A DNA stretch of 64,000 bases, taken from a virus. Positions 16,546 through 26,190 of the stretch are shown here, piece by piece. The position numbers were made by a program, and so were the translations under genes. The stretch is from IMG/VR virus record IMGVR_UViG_3300045988_157568; one strand, written 5' to 3'. Numbering within the stretch: position 1 is the stretch's first letter; every line of letters begins with the position of its first letter. Below the pieces are notes generated by a model, which worked only from the letters and a program-made list of their open reading frames with translations, was not told the origin of the DNA and ran no database searches.

Positions 16546-17361
16546 TTACACCCCCTTTCGAGAAAGTTTGTGTTTATGAACAGACTTTACAGATGACTTC
16601 TTTGTGAAAGACTTTTTAGCAGGTTTAACATCTACTTCCTCATCTTCTTCATCTTCTTCATCTATATAGTCATTGTCATCTAATGGCTCATCATCTTCTT
16701 CGCTATCGTCATAGATTTCTTCATCATAATCTTCTTCTGACTTTGATGTATCTTTTTCTGACTTTACAAGACTTGCACTTATTTCAAGCGAATTTTCAAT
16801 AATTGCATAAAGACTTTCCATAGTGCCGTCATATTGGTCTGCAAGATTATCAGGCAACATTGCAGCAATTTCTTTTTTCGTCAACTTATCTTCATCTTGA
16901 CGGTCAAAAGTGTAAGTTGTGCTTGTACCCTTGCCGTTTCTCACGATTGTATAGTCACGATTAGTTAGCCCATATCTTTCGTGTAAGCGGTCAAGCTGTG
17001 TAATAACTCTTGTACCTGCAACGTACATCTTTAATGAGCCATTAACTTTCTTGCCGTCCTTGTTCTTGTAGCTACGTCTATCAAATACAAGAAACGCTCC
17101 CTTAAATGAAGGGTTATCGCCACCGTCACAAATAGAGCAATCGTCCCCTGTGCAAATAACACTGTCGTATCTATTACCCTTTTTAATGTTATGCTCCCAA
17201 AAGGTGACAGGTTCTTCTGTCAAAAACCTTACGTCAGCTTCATCACCGTCATCTTGTAAAAAGAAACGGAACAACTGACCTTTCATAGCTTCTCTGCGTT
17301 CTTCCTGACGCTTTGCTTCTTTTCGTGACTCTTTATAGCCACGCTTAAATAATTTACCCAT
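16546..17361 (-). CDS. gp32-like single-stranded DNA-binding protein with acidic tail
   Basis: VRFLTEEPVTFWEHNIKK...ICTGDDCSICDG resembles the T4 gp32 RFLP...H...C..C zinc/OB core. The C-terminal ~50 aa are poly-acidic (DDSEEDDEPLDDNDYIDEEDEEDEE), as in SSBs. Confidence 0.55.
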   Translation of the reverse strand: MGKLFKRGYKESRKEAKRQEERREAMKGQLFRFFLQDDGDEADVRFLTEEPVTFWEHNIKKGNRYDSVICTGDDCSICDGGDNPSFKGAFLVFDRRSYKNKDGKKVNGSLKMYVAGTRVITQLDRLHERYGLTNRDYTIVRNGKGTSTTYTFDRQDEDKLTKKEIAAMLPDNLADQYDGTMESLYAIIENSLEISASLVKSEKDTSKSEEDYDEEIYDDSEEDDEPLDDNDYIDEEDEEDEEVDVKPAKKSFTKKSSVKSVHKHKLSRKGV

Positions 17362-17416
17362 CTCAAATCACTCCTTTTCTCTTGTTATTATGTATTCTAT
17401 TTAATGGGTTAAACAT

Positions 17417-17445
17417 ATTATAGCACATTGTTTAGTGCTTGTCAA
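17417..17445 (-). promoter_or_regulatory. sigma-70-type promoter TTGACA-17-TATAAT with TGn extension
   Basis: Minus strand: TTGACA (17445-17440), a 17-nt spacer ending TGC, TATAAT (17422-17417). Confidence 0.65.
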
Positions 17446-17467
17446 GTATGGAATTTCAATTCCTCGA

Positions 17468-18491
17468 TTATATTTTCTGTAAAGTATGTTTGACTAAAGA
17501 AGCTGTACTGATTAGCTTATTTGTCAATAGCTCTCCCCATTCAGAGGGGTCTTTACCTTTACCGTCTACAATAGAATAATCACACGTTAAAATATCCACT
17601 CTATCTCTTAATCTTTTTCTCGCTATTTGTTCGGCGGTCTTACCGCCTGTATCATTATCAAATAACAGTATGACCTTATCACAATTATCAGCAATAAAGT
17701 CTGCTTGTGCCACCGTCATCTTCGCTCCCATAAGAGCACCTGTGTTTATTCTGCCCCACTTATGTAACATCATACAGTCAAGCATACCTTCAACAACTAT
17801 GAGTGTTCTCTTAACAGGTTTTATCTTATCGGCTGGGAACACAATAGAGCCTTTTTGAAAACCATATATCTTATAACGGCTATTCTTAGGTCTGTTAGGG
17901 TCTATGTATCTTCCTATAACTCCGACAAGTTGATTATCTTGACTAAAGACTGGTATAGTTACTGTTTTATTCTCAATATCCCTACCCACTTTCCAATATC
18001 TCATATCTTCTTTATCAAAGCCACGTTTAAAGAAATAGGTATAGGTTGCCTTACCGCTCTTAAATGGTGCTAATTTGGTCTTAGGCATTACTTTTAGTTC
18101 AGCCTTAGTGTTTATACTACTAACTTCAAACTGGTGTAATTTACGCTGTTTTATACCACTTAAAGCCTTTGAGTAATCTACACCGTATCTTTCAGCCATA
18201 AACTGCTCTGCCTGTCGTATGCTTTTAAATTCATCAGGCAAAGATTTATACAAAAACCACACTAATGAGCCACTGGCATTGCAACTAAAGCAGTTAAATA
18301 GTTGTAGATGTTGCCCTATTTCATCAGGTGGTTGATAGTCAGCGTTTATTCCGCAGGACGGATGACTTTCGCTAACCGTGAATAGGACAACAAAATTGTA
18401 TCTTTGAGCCTTTCCACTGTTGTACTTTTTCTACTCCAATGTAATCAAGTAAATCTTCAATTTGCTCTTTAGATAAAAGTGTACTATTCAT
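17468..18491 (-). CDS. dnaG: DNA primase (zinc ribbon plus TOPRIM), frame interrupted: a +1 shift is needed at 18372-18377
   Basis: ATG at 18491 gives MNSTLL...KIQFCCPIHG, then TAG. The +1 frame continues SESHPSCGIN...FNCFSCNASGSLVWFLYK into the 17468-18262 ORF, which carries TOPRIM motifs VVEGMLD and LFDNDTGG. The zinc ribbon (CxxH...CxxC) is split by the shift. Confidence 0.75.
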
Positions 18492-18612
18492 AACTTACAT
18501 CACCACCTTTGTACTTACATAGCCACAATATATTATTCCACTTATCTCTGTCACATTCAGATAAAACAAGCAATCTACCAAACTTCTTGCCAACAATACT
18601 GGTATTAATCAT
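18484..18612 (-). CDS. possible 42-aa ORF, remnant-like
   Basis: The product MINTSIVGKKFGRLLVLSECDRDKWNNILWLCKYKGGDVSYE resembles the N-terminus (GxxFGRLTV...WxCxC) of a common phage zinc-finger protein family but stops early. It overlaps both neighbouring genes. Confidence 0.25.
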   Translation of the reverse strand: MINTSIVGKKFGRLLVLSECDRDKWNNILWLCKYKGGDVSYE

Positions 18613-19063
18613 CTTGTTTCACTTCCTTAACTTGTTCTTTAGGGATAAGTCTATTGTAGTTATTCCTTTCATATTGTCTGCACTTTGAATAAAGCTCTGT
18701 GGACTTCAGCCACTTATTGCCGTCTGAAAAATCAGCGTATACACCAATATTATTTGGGTTAAGCCCCACATTCAAAGAAGATAATTTCTCTTTGAATAAC
18801 TTAGCTACCACACCTAAATGGATACTATTTAACCCTTGTCTCACCTTTGCATAAGTCTTTATAAGAACAGTCGCTTGCACCCTATTGTCGTGTTCTTTGT
18901 CAACTTTTTCCTTAACAATTTCCCACTCAATAAGATTATCAAGTTGTTTAGAACATTTTGTCCCAACACACCTATCCTTTAAAATACAAAATGTGCAGGG
19001 AATATATTGCTCACATAAAGACTTTATTGCTTTCTGCTCATTCAATGTACAAGTTATTTTCAT
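18605..19063 (-). CDS. hypothetical protein
   Basis: 152-aa ORF in the replication module. Confidence 0.5.
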   Translation of the reverse strand: MKITCTLNEQKAIKSLCEQYIPCTFCILKDRCVGTKCSKQLDNLIEWEIVKEKVDKEHDNRVQATVLIKTYAKVRQGLNSIHLGVVAKLFKEKLSSLNVGLNPNNIGVYADFSDGNKWLKSTELYSKCRQYERNNYNRLIPKEQVKEVKQDD

Positions 19064-19242
19064 TCTGATTGCCTCTCTTTACTTTTACAGGCTATTATAC
19101 ACAAACGACTATGTGGGAAACTAACACTTACCACATCTTCATCTGAATAGCCATTCATACCGAGTTCGGCATTTATAACTGTTTCAAGATGTTCATAATA
19201 ACCGTCATAGTTCAATGGTAAAACAATTCTAAAAAGTTTCAT
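19060..19242 (-). CDS. hypothetical small protein
   Basis: 60-aa ORF whose stop overlaps the start of the downstream ORF 18605-19063 by 4 nt. Confidence 0.4.
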   Translation of the reverse strand: MKLFRIVLPLNYDGYYEHLETVINAELGMNGYSDEDVVSVSFPHSRLCIIACKSKERQSE

Positions 19243-19253
19243 AATATGTACCC

Positions 19254-20588
19254 CTATTCCACGTCATCAACTGATAATGTATCATTGTCTGTTGAGTCAT
19301 CTGCACCTTCACTATCTGACGGCAATTCAGCATATATCTCTGAAAAGTCCATACAAGTGAAGTCCCAGTTAAGTGTTATCCTACCACCCTCACCTTCTCT
19401 GTTCTTTATAACAGACACTTGCATTTCTCTGTCATTTATCATTACTTCATCTCTGAATAAAGATATAACTACGTCAGAGTCCTGTGCGATTGCTTGTGAA
19501 TATTTAATATCACTTAACTTAGGTGCTGCTTTTGTGTTAGACTTCTTCTCGTCCAACTGTGTATTGATAACAATAGGCTTGTTTACTCTCTTAGCGAGCT
19601 TTTTCAAGTCACGAGTAATATGTGCTACTCTCAACCAATCATCTCTTGCATTTTGGTCGTCCTCCATAAGATACACACCGTCAATAAACACTATGTCAGG
19701 GTTTACTTCTTTAATTCTCTGCTCTAAAGCCATAACCCCTGTCGCTGTATCTATATACAATGGTTCTAAAGAGGGCAATTCTTCTTCCAAAAATTCAAAG
19801 TATTCCTTTTCTACTTTCGGTGGTAGCTTACCACGTTTAAATTGTGAATAATTCATACCGTCCTTATGTAATTTGGAAAACATAATTGCGTCATATCTAT
19901 CCTGCATTAAGGCGGTTGACATCTCTGTCACCATTTGCAATACACTACACCCCTGCAACACGCAACTCGTACCTAAGATACATTCAAAGAATGTTTTACC
20001 TGTACCAGTTCGTCCTGCAATAGTGATTAAGCAACCGTCTATCAAGCCTTTAGTTATCATATCAAGAGCGTTCCACCCTGTGCCGATACCCAACATACCT
20101 TGGTTCTTTTTACGCTCTAAATACTGATTTTTTCTTTCGTCAGTGTTGTCATTTATTTTTACTGAATTAGAGATTGTAACTTCTTGGTCTAACTCTGCAA
20201 CACCACTCTTTAAAATCTCATAGGCTTCTTCTGTATTAAGACTTTCAAGATTGTCAGCGGTGGACTGTATCAAGTCAATCAAATTATTATGCTTTGTTTT
20301 CAATATAAGCTCATTACACCAAAAAGACAATAACTCATTTGTGCCGACAACTTTTTTTCCTTTATCATTTGTATATGTATATACTTTTATGTTAGGAAAT
20401 TTTGCCTTTAGCACCCTATGTGTTGGTGGCTCACCAAATTGATGTATATGCTTTAACATATAACTTACAATTCGCTTGTTTTCACCTGTAAAGAAAGAAG
20501 TTTTAATTTGATAGTCACTTACCACTTTTATATCTTTTGTTTCTATCAACTTCGATATAAACCCTATCTCTGCATTTAGTTTTGACAC
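19254..20588 (-). CDS. dnaB: replicative DNA helicase (DnaB family)
   Basis: Walker A IAGRTGTGKTFF, Walker B-like VFIDGVYLM, and SDVVISLFRDE. Size (444 aa) and N-terminal helical domain fit DnaB. Confidence 0.85.
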   Translation of the reverse strand: MSKLNAEIGFISKLIETKDIKVVSDYQIKTSFFTGENKRIVSYMLKHIHQFGEPPTHRVLKAKFPNIKVYTYTNDKGKKVVGTNELLSFWCNELILKTKHNNLIDLIQSTADNLESLNTEEAYEILKSGVAELDQEVTISNSVKINDNTDERKNQYLERKKNQGMLGIGTGWNALDMITKGLIDGCLITIAGRTGTGKTFFECILGTSCVLQGCSVLQMVTEMSTALMQDRYDAIMFSKLHKDGMNYSQFKRGKLPPKVEKEYFEFLEEELPSLEPLYIDTATGVMALEQRIKEVNPDIVFIDGVYLMEDDQNARDDWLRVAHITRDLKKLAKRVNKPIVINTQLDEKKSNTKAAPKLSDIKYSQAIAQDSDVVISLFRDEVMINDREMQVSVIKNREGEGGRITLNWDFTCMDFSEIYAELPSDSEGADDSTDNDTLSVDDVE

Positions 20589-20592
20589 TCTG

Positions 20593-21033
20593 TCACCTTC
20601 TTCCCTTTATTCTTAATATCCTGCCAATCTTATTGACAGGCATAGTCCACTGGCTATTTACTAAACTGCGTGTTTTGTCATCATTATCAACGTAGTAAGA
20701 TATTACCCCAGTGTTCAATTTTGAGCTAATAAAAGAGGGTCTTTTAACCCTCGCTATCTCGCTATATGGTACATCTTTTATAGCGTCCATTAAGTAGTCC
20801 GAATATTCATCTTCAAATATTACAAGCACTACTCGCATATCTGTTGACATATAAATATACTCAACCAGTGACTTTACATCTTCATTGACTACTACCCTTT
20901 TATGCCCTGACAAAGCATTTAAAACCTTGTCCTTAAATGAGGTATCTAAATATGTTGTTAGTGTTCCTACACACCTTAGAGCCACCGTTTCAGCACCCCT
21001 ATTGGATATATCACCGTGTAACACTCTTATCAC
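20593..21033 (-). CDS. hypothetical protein
   Basis: 146-aa ORF between the loader and the helicase. Confidence 0.5.
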   Translation of the reverse strand: MIRVLHGDISNRGAETVALRCVGTLTTYLDTSFKDKVLNALSGHKRVVVNEDVKSLVEYIYMSTDMRVVLVIFEDEYSDYLMDAIKDVPYSEIARVKRPSFISSKLNTGVISYYVDNDDKTRSLVNSQWTMPVNKIGRILRIKGRR

Positions 21034-21672
21034 CTAACCCTCAAAATACTCGTCACGCCTGTCCCTTTCGTCAATCAAGACAGGGTAAGAGTTACCCTTT
21101 ATGAGTGAAAAGATACTTGCTCCGTATATCTCTTTCACTTTTACAGGTGACAAATTTGTACAGAATATAGTCACCATTCCATTATCTTCTCTGTATCTTA
21201 ACAAATCCTCAAGAATAGGTCTTACAACTTTAGTATCAAGTTCCTTGCCTATTTCTTCAAGGACTAAAAAGTCAACCGCCTTAAATCTGTTATAAAATTC
21301 TTCTTCAAGAGCAACCTTTTCTTCGGGGTCTTTTGCACCCCACATAGCAGTATATTTCTGCACATACTCTGATAAAGTCACTCTCTTAGAAGTATAGCGG
21401 TGGCGGTATGCTTCTTTAGCAATTATACAAGATAACATTGTTTTGCCTACCCCATTACTGCCATAGAAGTAGATACCACTATTCTTCATATATTTGTCAT
21501 CTATATTTGCAATATAATCGGCAACATAATCTCTGACTTTGACTAATTCTTCTTCATCAGCTTTAAAATCGTCAATAGATATGTCATAAAACTTCTTAGG
21601 TATGCCGATTATACTTAGATTTTTGTTGGATAATGATTGTCTTACTGGTCTTTTCATTGTTACTCTCCCCAT
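21034..21672 (-). CDS. DnaC/IstB-like AAA+ helicase loader
   Basis: Walker A YGSNGVGKTM and Walker B DFLVLEEIG. 212 aa, positioned upstream of dnaB. Confidence 0.7.
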   Translation of the reverse strand: MGRVTMKRPVRQSLSNKNLSIIGIPKKFYDISIDDFKADEEELVKVRDYVADYIANIDDKYMKNSGIYFYGSNGVGKTMLSCIIAKEAYRHRYTSKRVTLSEYVQKYTAMWGAKDPEEKVALEEEFYNRFKAVDFLVLEEIGKELDTKVVRPILEDLLRYREDNGMVTIFCTNLSPVKVKEIYGASIFSLIKGNSYPVLIDERDRRDEYFEG

Positions 21673-22208
21673 TCACCCATTTTAACTTGTTTCTTGCCTT
21701 TCTGCCACTCTCTTTCTTGATTACGAGAAACAGGCTTTCTCTTTATCTTCTCTGACTTTTTATTAGGGTTAAACTTATCATCTAACCATAGCATTGTATC
21801 ATTAAAGATAGTATTTCGCCAGTTACTGCTTAAAACGGTCGGTTGCAAGGTTGGTATCTTTAAATACTTCTGACCGCTTGTAAACAAAAACTCTATCATT
21901 GAACATATCTCAAAAGAGCTATACTCTTGTAATAGAGCCTTAAAAATACCCATATCTCTTTTCATATTGGATATTGAGTACCTACTCCCATTCTCGTGAG
22001 CCTTTTCACGAAAGAAATAAGTTAAATCAGAGGTAGTGAAACTGTTAATATACTTTTCTAAGTCATCATACTTTCTTAGAAAAGCATTGTACTTTTCAGA
22101 CTTTATTTGTCTGTTCTTTCTGTAACCTTTTGTCGTAGAGGTAATATTCATTACTCTCTCTTGTCCATATGCTTTATCAAACAAATCTGATAAGTCCGTC
22201 ATTGTCAC
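21660..22208 (-). CDS. hypothetical protein (possible replication organiser by position)
   Basis: 182-aa ORF overlapping the loader gene start. No motif recognised. Confidence 0.4.
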   Translation of the reverse strand: MTMTDLSDLFDKAYGQERVMNITSTTKGYRKNRQIKSEKYNAFLRKYDDLEKYINSFTTSDLTYFFREKAHENGSRYSISNMKRDMGIFKALLQEYSSFEICSMIEFLFTSGQKYLKIPTLQPTVLSSNWRNTIFNDTMLWLDDKFNPNKKSEKIKRKPVSRNQEREWQKGKKQVKMGEWGE

Positions 22209-22216
22209 TTCCCCCT

Positions 22217-22543
22217 TTATTCATACTCACTTAATGTTTCTTCAAGAATATCATCAATTACTGTTTCAATGTCTTTTACAATATCAGTCGCTTGACTTAT
22301 ATTATCACAAGGTGCAGACAGCCAAACATCAACTCTTAAACTCTCAAAGTCGCCCATATTTTTTGTTACACCTTTTGACATACCAATCAAAGGTACTCCT
22401 GTTTTGTGAGCTTTTATAGAGCTGTCAGCTTTCGAGCCTTTTTTAAGCTCCGACTCACTGCCGTCATTATTTCTTTTTCTTACTGCCACTTCTGCTTTAT
22501 TCTTCAACGATTTCTTCACTTTCATCTTCCTTAGCCTCCGCAT
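22217..22543 (-). CDS. hypothetical protein
   Basis: 108-aa ORF with a basic N-terminus. Confidence 0.45.
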   Translation of the reverse strand: MRRLRKMKVKKSLKNKAEVAVRKRNNDGSESELKKGSKADSSIKAHKTGVPLIGMSKGVTKNMGDFESLRVDVWLSAPCDNISQATDIVKDIETVIDDILEETLSEYE

Positions 22544-22859
22544 ATGTCATATACTTTTCGTTCAACTTGTTAAACTCTTTCTCACACTTACGTCCAAAAT
22601 CGGACTTGTGCATATCCTTTCCCTGTCCTATTTTCACTGTTTCGGCAACCGCCACAACAGCGTCAATTTGCTCTTGTGTATATAAGCGTCTACCTGCACT
22701 ACTCTTAAAAGGTGTTTTAGGTAAAATACCGCTTATTTCCCACTTTCTTACCGTTGCACTTGACCTACCAAGGGCACTGGCAAGAGAGCCGATTGTGTAT
22801 AGCTTCATCTTAATTCCGTTTGGGAAAGTGTACGGAACAGATTTTTGTTGTATAGCCAT
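22497..22859 (-). CDS. MerR-family helix-turn-helix protein
   Basis: YTIGSLASALGRSSATVRKWEISGILP...GRRLYTQEQID matches the MerR/excisionase-type HTH signature. Confidence 0.55.
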   Translation of the reverse strand: MAIQQKSVPYTFPNGIKMKLYTIGSLASALGRSSATVRKWEISGILPKTPFKSSAGRRLYTQEQIDAVVAVAETVKIGQGKDMHKSDFGRKCEKEFNKLNEKYMTYAEAKEDESEEIVEE

Positions 22860-23314
22860 TACTTTGCACCCTTTCTTCTCAATTTCGGCTTTTTAGACAC
22901 ACTTGCAGTAGCCTGTTGCACTTCGGGCATATCTTCATCATTAGCCACATAAATAGCGTATGTGACCTTTTCTTCGGTTAAATCTTGAAGCTCGTCCGTT
23001 GTGATGTCACCTGTGCTTACAAGTTCTTCAAGTGCTTCTTCATTTACTTCTTCCTTAACAGTTACACACTGATTAAAGCCTTTAGCCTTAACAAAGTCAA
23101 GAGTTTTCTCTTGATTTAGCTTGATACTCTTACGGCACTGCTTACCAAAGACAAAACCGCTGTCTTTAGCATAGTAATTACCTTTAGTATCTCTCTCTGC
23201 GTGTTCTTCTGCATACTTTTTAATTTCTTCGCCAAGTGCTTTCATATTCTTTTCAAGCAAACCCTTTTGTTCTTTCATTTTTTGATACTGTCTTACCTTT
23301 TCAACAATACTCAT
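22859..23314 (-). CDS. hypothetical coiled-coil protein
   Basis: 151-aa ORF with an N-terminal coiled coil, in a position typical of Gp157-like phage proteins. That assignment is not verified. Confidence 0.45.
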   Translation of the reverse strand: MSIVEKVRQYQKMKEQKGLLEKNMKALGEEIKKYAEEHAERDTKGNYYAKDSGFVFGKQCRKSIKLNQEKTLDFVKAKGFNQCVTVKEEVNEEALEELVSTGDITTDELQDLTEEKVTYAIYVANDEDMPEVQQATASVSKKPKLRRKGAK

Positions 23315-23376
23315 TTTAAATCATTCCTTTCACTTGTTGTTACTACAAGTTTACCATACTTGTCCACATTTGTCAA

Positions 23377-24963
23377 CTACAAATATCCCCTACCAAACAA
23401 CTTTTGGCTATTTTGTGAATTATTCATAAAACGAAAACCAAGTTTTTGGTATCTTTTTATTCTTGTCTTTATATGTCCTGACAATATAGCCACATCACTT
23501 AAATTATAATCGTATACAGTTGCTCTTTGTGCTTTACCGTCTGCAATACGCCTTACTCTGCCTACCGCCTGTTCAACAGACTTACCATTATTTAAACTAC
23601 CGACTAAAAAGGCTACTTCCCACGCCTTTACATTAGTGCCTTCTGTTGACTTTGAATATGTAGTTAATGTAACAAGAGCGTCTTTATTTTCGGCTCGTGT
23701 TAAAGCCGTTTCAAGCTCACTCTTTGTGCAGTCACCATTATATATCTGTAAAGTATCTTCATCAATGCCATTTCGTTTTAAAATGTTTAAATAAGCTACA
23801 CAATGTTCCTTTTGTCTAAAGAACATAATACAACTCTTACCTTTGTCGACACATTCCTTGACATCTTGAACCACTGTTTTAACAAAATCTTTTTGAAATA
23901 GCACTTGTGTTTCAATATCCATATAAGATATTTTAGGTCGGCTTTTATAAGGTATGCTTGTAAAGCGTATTTCACCGTCATTTAGCTTATAATTCCTGTC
24001 AGCATTATAATTAACCACTGAATATACTTTTTGATTTCTTGCCCCCTTTCTGACTGAATAAACAGGGTTAAAATAGGCGTCAGGTTTTCGTATGTTCACA
24101 TCAACAGGCAATATGTCACCGTCTTGTGCGTCTGCACTACATTCAAAGCAAAAGTCACCTAAAAATAAAGTCATTAGTGCAGCAAGTCCGTCACTACGTT
24201 CGGGTGTAGCTGTCAAACCGAGTTTATATCTACTTTTAAACTCATTTATGAGGTCATAGCTACTTGACGGACAATGATGACATTCATCTATAATAACAAA
24301 CCCAAATTCATCTGTAAGAGCCTTTAAATCCTGCTCCAAATATCTATTCAACGTTTGTACTGTTGCAAGAGTTATTTGTTCTCCAACTTCTTTCTTACCG
24401 TTACCTATAATGCCACATTTTACTTTGCCGTCAAAACACAATTCAATGTCTTTCTTCCAACCCCTTATCAAGTCAGTCTTGTGCATTATTACAAGAGTTT
24501 TTTGCTTTAATGCTTGTGCAAGATAAATACCTACAATAGACTTGCCTTTACCTGTCGGCATTTTTATCATACCCTTTGCACTGCCCTTTTCCTTATTCAA
24601 TTTCAAGTAAGCGTCAGTCGCTTCAACCTGCGTATCTCGTAAGGTCAGCATAAATTTAGGATATGTAACGGCATTTGTTATTCGGTTATCTAAAACAATG
24701 TCGTCATCATTTATAAAACGTACATAATCAAAACCGACTGGGACACTTATACCACCTTTACTTACTTCATAGTATGTGAGATAACGTGGTATTGATATAC
24801 TTGCATATCGTGAAAATCTCTTTGCATTAACATACGCTGGATTGTCGAAAGTAAGCATATCTTTTATTTTAATCTGTTCTTCTCCCGAAGTCTTTAATAA
24901 AATTCTATTAGATACTATTACCTTTGCTTCCTTTGTATATTTCGCTTTTTTCTTTAACTTCAA
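23377..24963 (-). CDS. superfamily-2 DNA helicase (DEAD/DEAH box, type III restriction res-like)
   Basis: Motif I MPTGKGKS, motif II IIDECHH, motif III GLTATPER, and C-terminal helicase motifs including VGRVRR. Confidence 0.8.
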   Translation of the reverse strand: MKLKKKAKYTKEAKVIVSNRILLKTSGEEQIKIKDMLTFDNPAYVNAKRFSRYASISIPRYLTYYEVSKGGISVPVGFDYVRFINDDDIVLDNRITNAVTYPKFMLTLRDTQVEATDAYLKLNKEKGSAKGMIKMPTGKGKSIVGIYLAQALKQKTLVIMHKTDLIRGWKKDIELCFDGKVKCGIIGNGKKEVGEQITLATVQTLNRYLEQDLKALTDEFGFVIIDECHHCPSSSYDLINEFKSRYKLGLTATPERSDGLAALMTLFLGDFCFECSADAQDGDILPVDVNIRKPDAYFNPVYSVRKGARNQKVYSVVNYNADRNYKLNDGEIRFTSIPYKSRPKISYMDIETQVLFQKDFVKTVVQDVKECVDKGKSCIMFFRQKEHCVAYLNILKRNGIDEDTLQIYNGDCTKSELETALTRAENKDALVTLTTYSKSTEGTNVKAWEVAFLVGSLNNGKSVEQAVGRVRRIADGKAQRATVYDYNLSDVAILSGHIKTRIKRYQKLGFRFMNNSQNSQKLFGRGYL

Positions 24964-24989
24964 ACTTCCACTCCCTTTCAGTAAATACT

Positions 24990-25018
24990 ATTGTAGCACA
25001 ACTTATAAGTCTTGTCAA
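24990..25018 (-). promoter_or_regulatory. sigma-70-type promoter TTGACA-17-TACAAT
   Basis: Minus strand: TTGACA (25018-25013), a 17-nt spacer ending TGC, TACAAT (24995-24990). Confidence 0.6.
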
Positions 25019-25020
25019 CA

Positions 25021-25052
25021 AAAGAAAATCCTCACTTCAAAAGAAATGAGGA
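25021..25052 (-). terminator. hairpin plus U-tract after holin gene
   Basis: A TCCTCA / TGAGGA stem with a 12-nt loop, followed on the minus strand by UUUUCUUU. Confidence 0.5.
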
Positions 25053-25076
25053 CTTTACTTTAAATGTATGTATAAA

Positions 25077-25343
25077 TTATGAGTTTGGCTTTGTGTAAGT
25101 CTTAGCCTGTTCACTATCGCCAATACCCTTTGTCGTTGGGTCATTCAAAACGCCCCAAACGGCTACCACGATTGTCCATAGTACATATGGATTGCTGAAA
25201 GTCTTAACTATAAGCTCACCAAGCATACTCCAAGAAGTAATGTCAGACGCTTGTAAACTAAAAGCACTTCCAACTACCGAAAGGATAACAACAATAAGCT
25301 GTACCCAAAATACAGGGTTCTTCATTCTTACCTTTAAGTTCAT
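25077..25343 (-). CDS. holin (phi LC3-type)
   Basis: 88 aa. Contains RMKNPVFWVQLIVVILSV, a second TM helix, and the C-terminal LNDPTTKGIGDSEQAKTY signature typical of this holin family. Confidence 0.75.
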   Translation of the reverse strand: MNLKVRMKNPVFWVQLIVVILSVVGSAFSLQASDITSWSMLGELIVKTFSNPYVLWTIVVAVWGVLNDPTTKGIGDSEQAKTYTKPNS

Positions 25344-25366
25344 AACATCTCACCACCTTTCACCGA

Positions 25367-26179
25367 CTATTTTATTAGACCTAAGCGGTCAAGATAACAA
25401 ATAGTCTTTAATAGGTCATTAGTTAGACCTAAGCCTTCCCCTTCACCTGAAATTACACCCTTGTCCATAAGTTTTTGTACAGACGGTTTAGCCCAATCAG
25501 GCATATTGCCGTCAACATAATTATAAACAAAGTTTTGGTTCATAAGCCACTCAACTTGTTTTTCAAGGCTCTCAACCTTACCAGTAAGAGTAGCTACTTG
25601 TTTTTCAAGCTCTGCTATTTTTGCCATATCTTCTTCACTCTCCTTATTTGTATTTGCAGGGTGTTCCCCTACAACACCTTTGTATATTGCTCTCGCAAAT
25701 GTTTCAGCACCTAAATTTCGGTACATTTCAACATCAGCTTGACTGTCCACAAAACAACACTCTACAAGCATTGCCTTAGCATTGCTTCTATGTACAACGT
25801 ATAAATGTGAGCCGTCTTTTATTCCCCTATTTTTATAACCGAGGTCGGCTATTGCTTGTGCTGTATCTTCTGCTGCGTCAAAAACTTCCCCTTTATATGT
25901 CCACACTTCAACACCTGTTCCACCACCTGAATTAAAGTGAATTGAGATAAACAAATCAAGGGTTTGTGCATTAGCTTTCGCACATATCTTTCGTAGATTT
26001 TCAGAAACTGACTTAGAATAATCATCTGTACAATCTACAACTATATGTCCATTCTCTCTAAAAATCTTTTCAAGGGCATATCCTACTTCTCTTGTTTCAA
26101 CACTTTCGTCAAGAAAACCGACAACGCCACAACCAGTAGTACCTGATACTGTATGTCCACAGTTTATTCCTACTCTCAT
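25367..26179 (-). CDS. N-acetylmuramoyl-L-alanine amidase (Amidase_3-type endolysin) with coiled coil and SLH-like C-terminus
   Basis: MRVGINCGHT...E, SIHFNSGGGTGVEVW and ECCFVD fit the zinc amidase fold. The C-terminal MPDWAKPSVQKLMDKGVISG resembles an S-layer-homology repeat. The ATG at 26179 follows GAGGAG. Confidence 0.85.
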   Translation of the reverse strand: MRVGINCGHTVSGTTGCGVVGFLDESVETREVGYALEKIFRENGHIVVDCTDDYSKSVSENLRKICAKANAQTLDLFISIHFNSGGGTGVEVWTYKGEVFDAAEDTAQAIADLGYKNRGIKDGSHLYVVHRSNAKAMLVECCFVDSQADVEMYRNLGAETFARAIYKGVVGEHPANTNKESEEDMAKIAELEKQVATLTGKVESLEKQVEWLMNQNFVYNYVDGNMPDWAKPSVQKLMDKGVISGEGEGLGLTNDLLKTICYLDRLGLIK

Positions 26180-26190
26180 AAAATCACTCC

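Noticed and set aside
18372-18374. Stop-codon reassignment (TAG read as sense) as an explanation for the primase interruption
   Set aside because: Reading through TAG in the 0 frame yields RKSSVLRNKR and then TGA. Only the +1 frame restores the zinc ribbon. All other genes terminate normally with TAA, TAG or TGA, so there is no sign of an alternative genetic code.
19246-19851. 201-aa plus-strand ORF, and the many other plus-strand ORFs in the track (for example 39617-40177, 41285-41746, 38144-38515, 7746-8045)
   Set aside because: All lie antisense inside long, motif-bearing minus-strand genes (dnaB, tape measure and others). Their sequences are low-complexity Ser/Leu/Phe-rich, as expected from the reverse complement of coding sequence. 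None has a convincing RBS. No plus-strand gene is supported anywhere in the window.
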